DNA of 64,000 nt from Moniliella sp. 'wahieum' (Eukaryota): assembly GCA_003971905.1 (NCBI GenBank), contig RSEE01000044.1:186001-250000 (forward strand). Reading direction: 5' to 3'. The notes under the pieces were generated by a model. That model had not been told where the DNA came from and did not search any database. It saw nothing but the letters and a program-made list of their open reading frames with translations. Position numbers and translations under genes: made by a program. Below are positions 13,401-24,990 of the stretch, piece by piece. Each line of letters begins with the position of its first letter. Position 1 is the first letter of the stretch.

Positions 13401-14649
13401 CCACAAAACGGAAACAGGGGTTAGACAAAAGGGCTGGTTCGGGCCAGAAGGATACGAACCTCGTACAAGTAATCGGCCCACCACGTCTCAAATTCGACAT
13501 AGTCGCTCGCCACACCCAGGCGGGAAGTCTCGCTAACATCAAGGCGAGCATTCAATGGCCTAGCGGTCGCAGCTAAGGGTCGGCGTCGTACAGGGGTTCG
13601 AGGTGCGCCGTGGAGGCTGCAGGTCCTTCCTCATCCTCTTCTTCTTTTTCTCCGCCCCTTCCTCACCTTGTTCCTCACGATTGGGGTGGTCCGGGTCGGA
13701 TTCGAGAGCAGACGTAGAAATAGGGGTGGGGGGGAGTTCGCGCCAGGCACGCGCGCGAGCCCCGTTCCACACACGAGCCAACACGATGGACATGATGTAC
13801 TTCGTCATGGCTTCTTGGGCACTAACGTGTACAATGGCTGGCAGAGTGGGCAGAGTGAGAAGCTGAACGATGGCTTTAGCCACGTCCTCAACACAGGTCG
13901 GGTATCGGGTCTGGTTGGCGTCCATCGCCTTGGAAACCTCTCCTTCGGGACGGGGGAGGCGGATGGCATTGAGGAGGATGCTTACCGCACTCTCCTCGGG
14001 CGTCTCGACCTTTCCATAGCTGCATAATCAAAAGAGTTAGCCTTCAGCGAGAACTAGATAGGTGGAGGGGAGGAGGGGAGACATACAGGATGGGCACTCG
14101 CACCACAACGGTCCGCCCTTCAGGCCCAGCCGATGCGACGGCTCGCTCGGCACGCGCCTTGCTGTGACCATAGGCGTTGAGGGGGTGGGTGGGGGCGAGG
14201 GAAGATAGGGCGGACTAGTGCCGTCAAAAACATAGTCGGTCGACATGTGAACGTGAATGGGCGGCCGCTCCTGGCTGGCGCACCAGCGGGCAATGGCGTG
14301 CGGGAGATGGACGTTGAGCGCGTCGGCAGCCGCAGGGTCGGCTTGGACGCGGTCGGGGCGGCGCTCGGCAGCACAGTTGACAATCGCGCGGGGAGCAAGC
14401 CGGTTCAGCAGCGCATCCAGATGCGGGAAGGTCCAGGCTGCGGGCGCGGCATCGGAGCCGCCCGGGACAGGGGCGGGGGTCGCATCGGTCGCATCGGCGA
14501 GCAAGTCGACGGCCTCGAGGGGTGGGGGCAGGGCGGGCATGGGCAGTGCCCACGACGGGGACGCCAGCCTGGAGGAGGGACGCATGGACGGCGCGGCCCA
14601 AAAGGCCGGATGCGCCGAGGACAACGACGGGCCCAGGGGCGGCATCCAT
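10436..14649 (-). CDS. Apparent fusion protein: RmlD/MAT2B-like SDR domain + E/R/K helical repeat + acidic linker + Vps5/SNX1-type PX-BAR + 16-aa C-terminal repeats
   Basis: SDR part: VVVLGASGLLGRAV, NCAAERRPD, HMSTDYVFDG, NAYGHSK, RYPTCVEDVAKAI, ARPLNARLD..DYVEFETWWADYLYE. A phase-0 intron (13393-13459) leads into HEKQHVAQ..., then a low-complexity frame continues into the PX domain with no intergenic gap. Confidence 0.7.
10495..10812 (-). repeat. Coding tandem repeat, about 48-bp/16-aa unit x ~7, alternating two variants
   Basis: EAPKMEEEAQLPAEPV / EATQE.EEAQPLAEPG / EAPKTQVEAQLPAESV / EAPKKEEQVQPLAEPG / DAPKS.EEAQLPAEPV...; DNA motifs ggctcggccggtagctgggcttcc and cctggctcggccaacggctgg recur. 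Confidence 0.9.
11160..12230 (-). other. VPS5: PX + BAR (Vps5_C) domains of a retromer sorting nexin (part of the CDS at 10436-14649)
   Basis: WFEIKVGDPQTVG..HTVY..SVLRRYSDFRWLHAALVHNHPGVIVPPVPEKVKLGRF..VEARRVGLE (PX). FVETDEWFDKQRVYLDSLE..EYERMVGSVRKAF..FDAISRTCKREVANFDHERIKD (BAR). Confidence 0.92.
12984..13245 (-). repeat. Coding tandem repeat, 33-bp/11-aa unit (EERRKQEEAEA) x ~8
   Basis: Minus strand reads gaggagcgccgaaaacaggaagcagctgaagct and variants in tandem. Confidence 0.92.
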
Positions 14650-15316
14650 GGGCGCAGGAGGCGGTGGTGGGGGCGCGCGGCTGGGAGCCTGCACGGCCAC
14701 TCAGGACTCGGGACTGCCTGGCCGCCGCCCGGGCACCACACCGCCCCTGCAATGTTCAAATCCACGCCGCCGCCGCTTGCGTCTGGCCGCCGCCCACGTT
14801 GCACCGACTCGCGGCGCCACCCGCTGCGGCTGGCCGCTCACACATCGCATCACCGTAGCCAATGGGCACGGCGTGGGCGACGCGTGGAGCGCATGCACGC
14901 ATCCACACCCACTCCCATGTCCGCCGTCCCCACCCCCCCGCCCGTTCCCCGCCGGCCCCACCACCGCCTCGGCCTCCTCCTCGACCAGCCACCCAAGTCG
15001 GCGAGCTCCAGCCAATGCCAGCGGCACGGCCGCGTCCAGGACACCGCCCCCCTCCCCCGGCAGGCTGCAGCCCGGGGGCAGTGCCCAGCGGGGCATTGGC
15101 GAGCGGAATGCGCGTTCCGCCCCGCCCGCTCGGGGGCAGTGTGGCGCACGTGGTGCGGCGCGCGGGGCGGTAATTTTTGCCGATTTTTTGTTCAGCAACC
15201 TCCGCCATCATCATCATCGCCGCGAGCGGCTGCGACGGCGTCAAGGAGCAGCGAGCACCCGTCCCCGCCGTCCCCACCGTCCCACCCCACCGCGCACCCC
15301 CCGCGCACCCTCCCAC

Positions 15317-18132
15317 ATGGCCCAGCCCCTCTTGTCCCGCCCCGCCTGGCTCGCTGAGCTGGGCGACCGCGTCGCTGCCCATCCGCAGCTCTCGCCAGCC
15401 TCCCCCCCCACTTGGCCGACCTGCCCTTTGCCCCCTGTCCCTCCGACTCATCTACGCCCGCGCCTGCCGCACAGGACGCAGCCCCATCCGCACCGGGGCC
15501 TACCGCGTCGTGGTCCGAGCACCAGCGCTGGCTCCATTCTCAAACCCGCGACGCCGTCAAGGCTCTGTTTGATGCCGGCGTAGCCGGCGAGTCCGAGGCC
15601 CGCCTGCCATCCAGGCCTACCTCCTCACCGCTGCTGGCCACGCCGCACCGTATCACGCCACCCGTTCCACCTCTGCCAAGCGCAAACGGCCCCTCCACAC
15701 CGGGTCCGACTCCGAGTCCGACGCGGAGGCAGAGCCGGATCTGTTACCTCCGCCAACGCCGCTGGCGGAACTCTATGTCCCCCCGCCCCCTCCTGCCGAG
15801 TCGAGTGATACGGCCGATGCAGTCGAGGCTGCGCAACTATGGACCCAGCTCGAACTTCGTCACGCTGGCCTGGATGGGGTGTGCGAGCAAGCCGTGCAAA
15901 TGGACCAAACAGAAGATGATGACGAGGAAGCCGAGGAGCGCCTGGCCACTGCCGAAGCCGAGTCCGAGGAGGACGAGGAGGATGTGTCCGAAGAGGATGA
16001 TGACACCGATGAGGATGCATCGGACGAAGACTTGGCTCGCCTAGCAGCTATGACGGATGCCCAACTGAAGGCAATGGGTTTGCGCCGCGCGAGATTCTCA
16101 AGGTGCGCGCCGAGTTGCGCAAGCGTGGGTTTACCTTCGAGTCTTCAGGCGCACCCCACAATGCGGAAGAGGCTGAACTCGAGGACGCTGAGTTGGAGGA
16201 TATGTCTGACGACGAGCTTTATGGACCGGAAGAGGCAGACGAGGATTCCCAGGTGCATCGGACTTGTCGGATGACGAGGAGGCGAGCCGGGGTAACTATG
16301 GAGCCACTTCAAGACGAAGAGGAGCAGCTGAGAAGGAAGGATATGTTTGGTGTTGTGTCCGAATCCGACTCGGAATCCGACTCGGAAAATGAGTTGGAGC
16401 AGAGGGCATACAAGATACTGAGGTTTCCGCATCAGCCCCCTCGTCCAGCCTCGATGATGGATTTTTCAACTCTCTGCATTCCAGCGGGACACAATCGCGG
16501 CGAGGCCAAGGAGCCGGAGGTGGACGTGGACATGTTTGCAGACCCGTCTACCTGGGCTTCGGACGAAGAGGAGGAGGAGGGTACCGATCTCATGTACGAT
16601 CAATTCTTTGCTCCTCCGGCCGCGGCTGGACGATCGACCGGTCGTAAGTTGATTCGGTTGGTAAAGGCAAAACAGCCTTACCGCACCCAGTAGCGCCCCA
16701 TCAACCAGTGCCGGTCGCGGGAAAATTCGCTTTTCGGACAAGTTCAAGTGCGTCGGATCAAGCGAGCGCCAGGTATGCGCGAACCTCAAGACTTTTCGTT
16801 TCCTCCTGCTTCATTGCATCACTTTGACGTGGATCTTGATTCGGACGGAGATGATGAGGCGGAGAAGGAAGACGAGGAGGACGAAAATGACGAGGAGGAT
16901 GGGGACAGTGACCAAGAACAAGAAAAGGCCAGCTTCATTCTCTGGGCCCTTCCAATTTGGGCGAAGAAAAGATGAGTCTGGACGCGTCGGAGGACGACGA
17001 TGAAGAAGAAGAGGAAGAGGATGCGGACGACGGAGAAGAAGAGGAGGACGATGACGATGAAGGCTCTATAGAGGGCACGGCGCGTCGCGTGGCACAAGAT
17101 TTGTTTGCCGACCAAGATGAGGGGGATGATGTGGCGGATGGACTGTCCACACACGAAAAGCGGCAAGCGGCGCTTGAAGCCGAGATTGCTGCACTGGAGG
17201 CCGAAAATGTGGGGACAAAAGAGTGGGAATTGAAAGGTGAGGCATCGGGCTCGTCGCGGGCCAAGGATGCTGCCTTGGACATGGACATGGACTTTGTTCA
17301 TGCGCTCAAGTCGGCCCCTTTGGCGACGGCAGAAGAGAACGAAGAAGTGGAAGATTTGATCAAGCGCCGCATCCTTGCCGGGGAATTTGACGATGTGCCG
17401 CGCCGCTTGGCGCTAAGCGAGAAAGAGTTTTTGCCTTCCAAACTCGCCTCGCTCAGTGACCAAAAGTCCCAGCAGTCCCTTGCTGAGCTGTATGAGCAAG
17501 AGTACACTCAAGCGCAGACGGGCGGGGCGCCCACTTCCGAGGCAGACAGTAAGTTGGCCGCAGAGCATGCTCAGCTAACGGCTGGTGGAGAATGTGTTCC
17601 ACCAGCTCGACCGCCTCTCCAATGCCCACTACACTCCTCGTCTGCCGACGTGCACGCAGGGCAAATTACGGCTGCGCCCGCGGAGGCGTGGCGGCAATGG
17701 CATCCGAACAAGCGCTGCCTATGCTCGCTACGTCCAGCCAGGCCACACAACAAGCTCCGCGTGAAGTGTACGATCCTTCTTCCCGGACTGGGGTTGCGAC
17801 GGGTCCAGGGTCGCAGGGCGCACGCGTGTCACGTTCCTTTGCGGGAGCCCGGGACGAACTCACGTCCCAAGAAAAGAAGCAGGAACACACACGTCTCCGC
17901 CGGCTCAAGCGCGCTCGCAACCATGGCCCTTCTTCCGGTCCGACGCCGACGATCAAGCCCAAAGCGGGAGGGGCACGCGCAGAGAAGCAGGCGGCGCTGC
18001 AGGCGTTGGCGACGCAGCCCGGGGTGTCGCTGGTCGGAGCCGATGGTCAGCGGAACACCATGGTCAAGAAGCGTGGGCTTTGGAGCGGGCCAAAGCTCCC
18101 CACCAGCGCAGGGCGGGCAACTCAAGCTGTAA
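15317..18132 (+). CDS. MPP10: U3 snoRNP/SSU processome protein Mpp10
   Basis: Very acidic central region. LSTHEKRQAALEAEIAALEAENVGTKEWELKGEA, EDLIKRRILAGEFDDVPRR, LSDQKSQQSLAELYEQEY, LDRLSNAHYTP, ends QLKL*. Confidence 0.93.
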
Positions 18133-18263
18133 CCTACAGGAACTCTCCCCTAGGCTGCGTTACATTACATACACGACTTTTCCCCCTGCATTCTTCCCAC
18201 GTCCCCCCCCCGATCTCATAGTGAAAAGAAGCAGTGGTAGTAGCAGTAGGCATAGCGATTGAG

Positions 18264-19132
18264 TTAGCGGCCATAGCGTTGGCCAGCCCCCGAAAGTTGG
18301 TGCAAGGCCACCAGAACATCGGTTGCTGCATCGGTCTGTGCGGGCAGGGCACGAGTTCACTCAAGCCAATGCTCCAGGGGGGATAGTCTGGCAGCTGGGC
18401 CAGAGTGACGGGTGCCGCAGCGTCCTGCTGCCGCCTTGAGCAGCAACACCTGGGGGGGGGAGAGACGTTGATTGTAGACAGCCCGGACTTTTCGGTAGTA
18501 ATGGAGGAGAAAGGGTATTAGCCAGCGAGGCCAAGGTCGCCTTGCCATCTTGGGAGGAAAGCAGAGCCACTTGTATCCCTCCCGCTGCCTCGCCCGCAGG
18601 CAAAGGCACAAAGCGGTGCGAAGCCACCGAGGCACGTACGCGTGGGCCAGGGGAGCTGGGTAGCGTAGGGAACGCCCGCGCCACCACGCCGGCCGAATCG
18701 AACCAGCTGAACTGCGTTACACCGGCCAGGCGGCCGCTTGGGCATAGGCCCGCATCGCCTTGACTTGCTCGGCGGCGTCCGTGTCGTCCGGCCGGGGACG
18801 ACAAGCGCCAAGTGGAGCGGGACCTTGAACGCGCGGCCATCCAGCTCCACCGCCCGCTCGCCCTGCTGGACAGGGACCGTTTCAGGGAGCAGCCCCAGAT
18901 TCAAAAGCACCTCCTCCGCCGTTTCGTCGGCGTTGAGCAGGGAGCAGGCTGGCGAGCTGGAAGAGAGCGTGTGGCACACCCGCCGGACGATAGCAGCAAC
19001 GAGAGAGTAGGCGTGCCAAACCAGCAGCACAACAGCTGCCGCGGGCCAAGCAAAGGGCGCCAGAGCGGTCCGCAACGGGTGCGGAGCCGGTGTGGATGTG
19101 AGCCAGTCCAGCCTCGGCCTGAGCGGGTGCAT
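18264..19132 (-). CDS. NUS1: Cis-prenyltransferase (DHDDS complex) subunit Nus1/NgBR
   Basis: N-terminal hydrophobic segment. KVPLHLALVV, IQVALLSSQDGKATL, PDYPPWSIGLSEL, and C-terminal QRYGR* (RxG motif). Confidence 0.85.
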
Positions 19133-19991
19133 GGTCGATGGGTGACGAGGGATGGTGGGGGTGAAGATCGGAGCAGGGGGGAGGGAAATCCCCACCAGAA
19201 ATCAACAAGTGAAATCCATTTTAGGCTGGCGGCCACACAGAGTACGACAGCAGTAAGTATGCTTGGCCGGCAACAAGTGTCCCGGTAGCAAAACTGCGAC
19301 GGCAATTCTGTCTGGTCCAATTCCTGTGCCTGGTCTACAGCTGCGAGCAACTGATCTAGGGTCAGAGCTCAGGTCAACCTGACCGCGCTCTCAGCCTGAA
19401 GGAACGGCGCTGGTAGTGGGCCCTCCTTAGATCTTATTCCCATGCCCTCTCTGATTCTCCTTTTTCTTTAGTAGTTCCTTTGGCCAACCCTCCGTTCGCC
19501 GTCTGATGGCCAGAGTCACAGGGCACTTTCTCCCTGTCATATCATCTCGACCAAATCTCTCGGGTTGGTCAAAAAATGCGTCGGCCGCGCGTACGTACTG
19601 CATGCCCCAGTACTAGTAGGGGGTGCTGCTGCAACGATTTTGCGTCCTGTGCCATACAGAAGAGACTTATTGGCATCATAATACTGAGGAGGGCATCATT
19701 GTCTACAGCAGCAGTAGCCAGCAGTACGGGATGTATTGACCACAAGTGTTACAGACCACACTACGGACTCCCAGTACTGATCTCAGTCTCTAACGGTGCG
19801 GCAACGAGAGTTCACCCAATTCAACACAAAAGGGGGTGGAGGAACAGCAGAAGAAGTCAAGACAATGAGGTAAGGACCTGAAAGGCGCAGAGCATGGCCG
19901 CCTTTCCTGATCCATTCTGGTCTTCGCATCGCCCAGAAGAGGATAAAGCGGAGGAAGAATGGGGTGTTTAGTTGTGGTTTCTGTTCATCAC

Positions 19992-22668
19992 TTACTTCCA
20001 AGAACCCATGGGCCCACCAAAATAACCTGAGGCAGGCAGGTCGTTCCAGGAAGTACCGTTGTTGTCGTAAGTGTTTTTCCATACAGTATTTCCCCACCAA
20101 GAAGGAAAGTTGACGCCTGGACCATAGGTGACACAGAAGAAGATTACAATGCCTGTAGAGGGAAATGGTCAGTCCAGCGTCGAAGGTGGGCGGGATGGGC
20201 TGCAACGAACCTGAGATGGCCAGGCCTGAGTCGAGGGCAGCGGCAAAGGCATACATCCAGCTGAAGAACCCTTGAAGATGAATTTGGTGCAGATCAAGTT
20301 AACCACAAACCAACTCGAATAGTTACACCCGTGGCGGGCGGACGATAGGTGCCAACCCAAAACAGAGGCCAGTTGATCAACTTCAGCCACTTCCACCCGG
20401 TCTTTTTGTACAGCACCCAAGTGATGACAGGTGTGATGGCGCCAATCCAAAAGAAATGGAGCATTGGGGAGTACATCTGGCCAGCCCCGAATGTCCTCCT
20501 CGTTCCAACAAGGCCCCAGACAACGGAACTGCTCATGACCGTTTGGCCATTGGGGCAGACGAACCCATTGCTTTGATCGGGGTTGCAAATGTCCTTCACG
20601 TGGCCCAGCATCCAGATGGTGACGCCTGCCTGGGTGAGGGCACCTAATATTGTGGCCGAACCTTGCACCCAAAAGAGAAGACGAGGGGCAATGTGAAGGT
20701 AATGCGCCAACTTCATGTCTTGGGCAAATACTGCGCTTGCCCCACCGTGTCGGTGGAAAGCATCTTGAACAGCATGTTAGCGACCGGCTTGCCTTCAAAC
20801 AAGTAACCACCGATAAACTCGCTCAACTAGAGGCGGAAGTGAAAGAAGAGAGTCAGTGCATGAGAAAAGAAAAAAGGACTGAAGGTAAACGAGACGGCAC
20901 ATACCACATTGAGTTGGTTGGGGTTTACGTTGGTCACACCCAAAATGATACCACAAGGGATAAAGAAGATGCAGGGGATGATCCACCCCAGGAACAAGCC
21001 ATACACCGGAAGATCAGTGTGGTAATATTCGATGAGGACTTGAAGAAGAAAAATATAGGGTGGTTAGATCAGTGAGTTCACAAAATGGAGAGGAAGGCTG
21101 GATGGATAGAAGGAAAGAAAGAAGGATGGATGGATGGATGGATGAAAGGAAGGAACATACCGATAGATAGAGCACCAAAGATGGCGATGCAGGTTGTCCA
21201 CCACCACCACGGTACTTTTTGGTACTGCTCATTGAGGCGGGTGTGGATGTCCTTTCGGCCTGTTCCTTTGAAGGCATGGACCAGGTCGCGGTAGTTCCAC
21301 AATGCAACATGAACCAAGACGCACGTCAAACTGGCAAATGACAGGCCATAGACAATGAGGAAAGTGATGGGGAGGTACGGCTGGGAGTATTGACGGTATT
21401 TCTCCACATCTAGCGTTCCGTTTGACATGACAGCAGATACATCGTAGATGGCACCGGTTCGATCGTACACTTGGTCAGAGAGAAAGGCAGATAGGATGTG
21501 AAACGGTAGTTTTTCACATATAAGATGGGTGCTACAATCCAAAAGATAACCGCAAACCCGATAAATACGTTGGTGCATGCCGAGAGAGGTGGAGGAGCGG
21601 GTTGCTGTTGTAGGCGATCATGCTCCAATCGAGAGTTGATGGGACGAGACCCATGCCCGTCACCTCACCAAATACGAGGTTGACCGCTGAAATGCAGTCC
21701 CAATGAAGCAAAGGTAAGAAACACGAGGACCCTGGGAAGAGGGAAGTGATAAGGAAAGGAACACACCTTTGTGTTTAGGCCAGATCCAGCAAAAGAAAGT
21801 GAAATAGCTAAGCCCAGTAAAGATCAACCCAGGGAACCAGTACCACGTCCAGGCAATTCCAAACACGATCCAAAAGAAGCGAAGACGGGTCATACGGAGT
21901 CCAAAGGGCGCGGGTTCTTGAATGCGGGCATGCATGGAGGAGAGAAGAGCAATGTTGGACAGGTTGGCTGGCCAAACGACATACGATGGCTTGACCAAAA
22001 AAGGTACGCCCAGCCCAGCGATGCCGTACCCGAGCATCTGGCAGCACAGCACAGCCAACACCGCTTCTCCTGCTGGAAACTTGATTCCATACATGCGTGC
22101 CGCCTGAATCAAGTTGGTACTGTCTGCGCTAGTACCGAGACCAAAACTGACGTTGCTAGCAATGACAATCAAGCCGTGCTCTTTGATGTTGAACTTGCGG
22201 TCAGGGTTGAGCCGGCAAATGGGCAGAACACGAGCGAGAAAGATGCCAAATGGGAAAGCGATGAGTTCAGAGACGAGGGAGACAAGGTGGACACCTGGAT
22301 AGCGGAGGCTGAAGAGTTGGTTGACTCCGCTCCCGATCAAGACGAAGATGATGGAGAGGAACCACATTCGGAAAGTGTTGATGGGCATGTCGGGATCGTC
22401 GGTCTCAGGGACAACCGCGCGCACTTCAGGATGGGCATCAAGCCCCGATTCGCCATCATCCGAATTGTAGTCCGGTGCGACGGAGGTGTCCTTAGACATG
22501 GGCAGCTCGCCCTCGTAGTTAAGGTTATCCATTGCAGCCTTCTCCTCTGCACCAACAGCAAGCAGATCAACATCAGCCTTTTTGTCGTCCTTGTCGACGT
22601 CTTCGGATACGGGAGAAGTGGCTTCGGGCGTCGACGCCCCGGGGTCGACGAAAGAATCCCAGTCGCAT
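19992..22668 (-). CDS. OPT-family oligopeptide transporter (multi-intron)
   Basis: HPEVRAVVPETDDPDMPINTFRMWFL, NQLFSLRYP, LNPDRKFNIKEH, WYWFPGLIF, DIHTRLNEQYQKVPWWW, DMKLAHYLHIAPR, SSVVWGLVG, AAALDSGLAIS, FPSWWGN. Confidence 0.93.
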
Positions 22669-23833
22669 AGCGAACGCAATGAGAATAGGAGGAGGACCGA
22701 CGAGGAAGCGGTTGGTGGAAGAGGTGAAGACAACAGAAGGGGGCAACAGAATGGGACAGTAGAAGGGGACTACAGAAGGAGACACGCCTTTGAATATCGG
22801 GCCGCTATGCATGCAAGTAGATGTCGTGTGCTCGTATTGGTGCAGCAGGGAGCCAGTATGATCGACGGTTGCACCTTTTGGACGGTTTGGCTGTTCCTGG
22901 ACGAGCCACAGGGGAAGTGGCTGGATATCTATGAGACAATCAGAATGGCTCGGCGGCCGAAGGACTTTATTCTCATACTGCCGCAGTGCCGGCCGGGAAA
23001 GATGAAAGAGCGCGACAGGCGGATAGATTGCGTTTCGGATAAACGGCTTGAAGGATGGGATAGTAAGTACCCTTATATTTGGCCTTTTTGCCGCAGGGCC
23101 TTTGGCCTTATCCTTCCCGGGGATCCGGTTCCTGGATACCGGGAACCGCCCGTGGCCTTAGCGCTAAGGCTTAGCGCTTAGCCTTGATTAATCCTTGCTT
23201 AGGCTAACCTTAGGCCTTAGGCCTTAGGCCTTTGAGCCTTTGGTCTTAGCTGTTGTGACATGTGATCTAGCTGTTGTGGTCTAGATCTAATGTGTCTAAT
23301 GGCCTTATGCTTGCCTTGTGCAGTGCCACCGTCCCCTTATGCGATGGTTGCCACACAAGCGGGCTCGCACACTCGCCGTGAAAGACAGACGTGTAAGTGT
23401 GATCATCGGCTGTCATCCATCATCATGCATCAACACGCACTTATCGATTATCGTCCTCATCCACCTGATCGACTGATCGATGATCGGTCTCTCGGTAAAC
23501 GCCGATTCCGGGCCACCGTTTTTCTTCGTTCTTGTTGCAGCTCTCGTGGCCGCGGTGTGTTACGTCGTATGGCGAGGACGTTGGCAACTGAATAAGAGCC
23601 GAAAGGAGATATGGCTCTTATCGTTTCTGTGATTGGAAACGATAAAAACAGGGCAGAAACATGGACCAAAGAATGAAGGAGAAAGGAAAGGGAGATCTAG
23701 GATCTAGCGGAATTGATATGCACCTGCACATGCATGCAGTTTTCACGCTCTTTTACATGTGAGCCATGTGAACGGATATTGACTACGGCAGGCGAGAGCG
23801 GGGAATGTGTTGAACGTCGTTTATGTTTTTTAG

Positions 23834-24073
23834 TGTTGGCCTAGGGAGCCGGACGGGCAGAAGGATGAGGAGAAGGTGATGGATTGGAGCCAGAGTTGGG
23901 TCTGGGTACAGAGGCATCTATATAGGAGGCTGGACTAGGCACAGGGACAGTGAGTCACACAGGAGAGAGTGCAGGGCACAGGGACAGTGACACGCAGGGA
24001 CGTCAGCGTGGAAGCCGATGGAACCGAGGCGAACCTGGTCTACCGACTGGGAGCCAGAGGATCACAGTCAACA
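23834..24073. repeat. LTR copy 1 (240 bp)
   Basis: tgttggcctagggagccgg...gatcacagtcaaca; contains CTATATAG. Confidence 0.95.
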
Positions 24074-24790
24074 CCCCGCTGGCCAGGGAACCCGGAGACA
24101 TCGGTTGTGGGATGAGCTCCTGCCAGTGGATGTAGAGAGGGGAGGACTTGAGTGGCAACCGGGACGAATGGCCTGGAGTTGTGCATGGCCACACGACTGG
24201 CCTACACCCCCGCTGTCCAGGATGACACCTGAACGAGCCGAGCGCTTGTGGTTGGTGTATTGTGCGACCGCCAGATGCTTGTAGAAGTCTTAGAAGTAAA
24301 AGTAGTAGGGGTTGCGCCCCGAAGCGATTTGGTGGGCAAAAGTAAAAAGCACCAGTTATAGGTGTAGTGAAAGAAAATTGGAAACTTGGAGTAAATGCGG
24401 TCCAAGGTCGTTTGGCATCAAAATTGGATGCGTTTGGTAGTTGTTTGGTTCCGCATGCCTGGTGCCAGTGGGGTCCATTGGGCATGGGAAATGAACGGGC
24501 GCTATGCGTCAACCGTCTTGATCTGTTTGGGTTCTCTTTGTTGTTGAAAAAGAGGAGTGGAAGAAGTTGGGTGACCACCCCCCCCATCCTTTCCCCAGGT
24601 GCCCCGGATGAATTGGCAATCCGGGGCGTGTAGCCGTGGGTGGGGCACTTGATGAGCAGCCACCCCCGCTTTCTGCGATTCGCCTGCGCCGTTTTGTCGT
24701 TGGAGGAATTTCGTCTCGTTGACGATACCCGACACGTTTTGTTCCGTCGTGTGTTGTCCCTAAAAATCATTGCCCCATCTGTGGGGACGA

Positions 24791-24870
24791 GTGTGCCGAT
24801 TGTGGCGGTAGTATGCCGATTGTGGCGGTAGTATGCCGATTGTGGCGGTAAGGTGCCGATTGTGGCGGTG
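24791..24870. repeat. 20-bp tandem repeat x4 inside the LTR element
   Basis: Unit (gta)tgccgattgtggcggta repeated four times. Confidence 0.95.
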
Positions 24871-24990
24871 GTGTTGTTGGGCGGGAGGACGGGTGTGTCT
24901 TGTGGGCTTGGCGGCTTAGCTTGGGCTTGTAGGCTTGGGGGTGGGCTTGCTTGAAGAGCGCTCCCCTTCCGGGGGATCAGATTGTAGCTC

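Noticed and set aside
21095..21150. (GGAT)n microsatellite
   Set aside because: A short ordinary repeat that appears to lie within an OPT intron.
23198..23232. Interstitial telomere repeat
   Set aside because: The unit is CCTTAGG/TTAGGCC rather than TTAGGG, and there are only about three copies.
24003..24770. 255-aa ORF as gag/pol of the LTR element
   Set aside because: No zinc knuckle, protease, RT, integrase or chromodomain motif, and the ORF runs into the LTR.
24791..24870. CRISPR-like array
   Set aside because: Head-to-tail 20-bp units without unique spacers, in a eukaryotic context with no cas genes.
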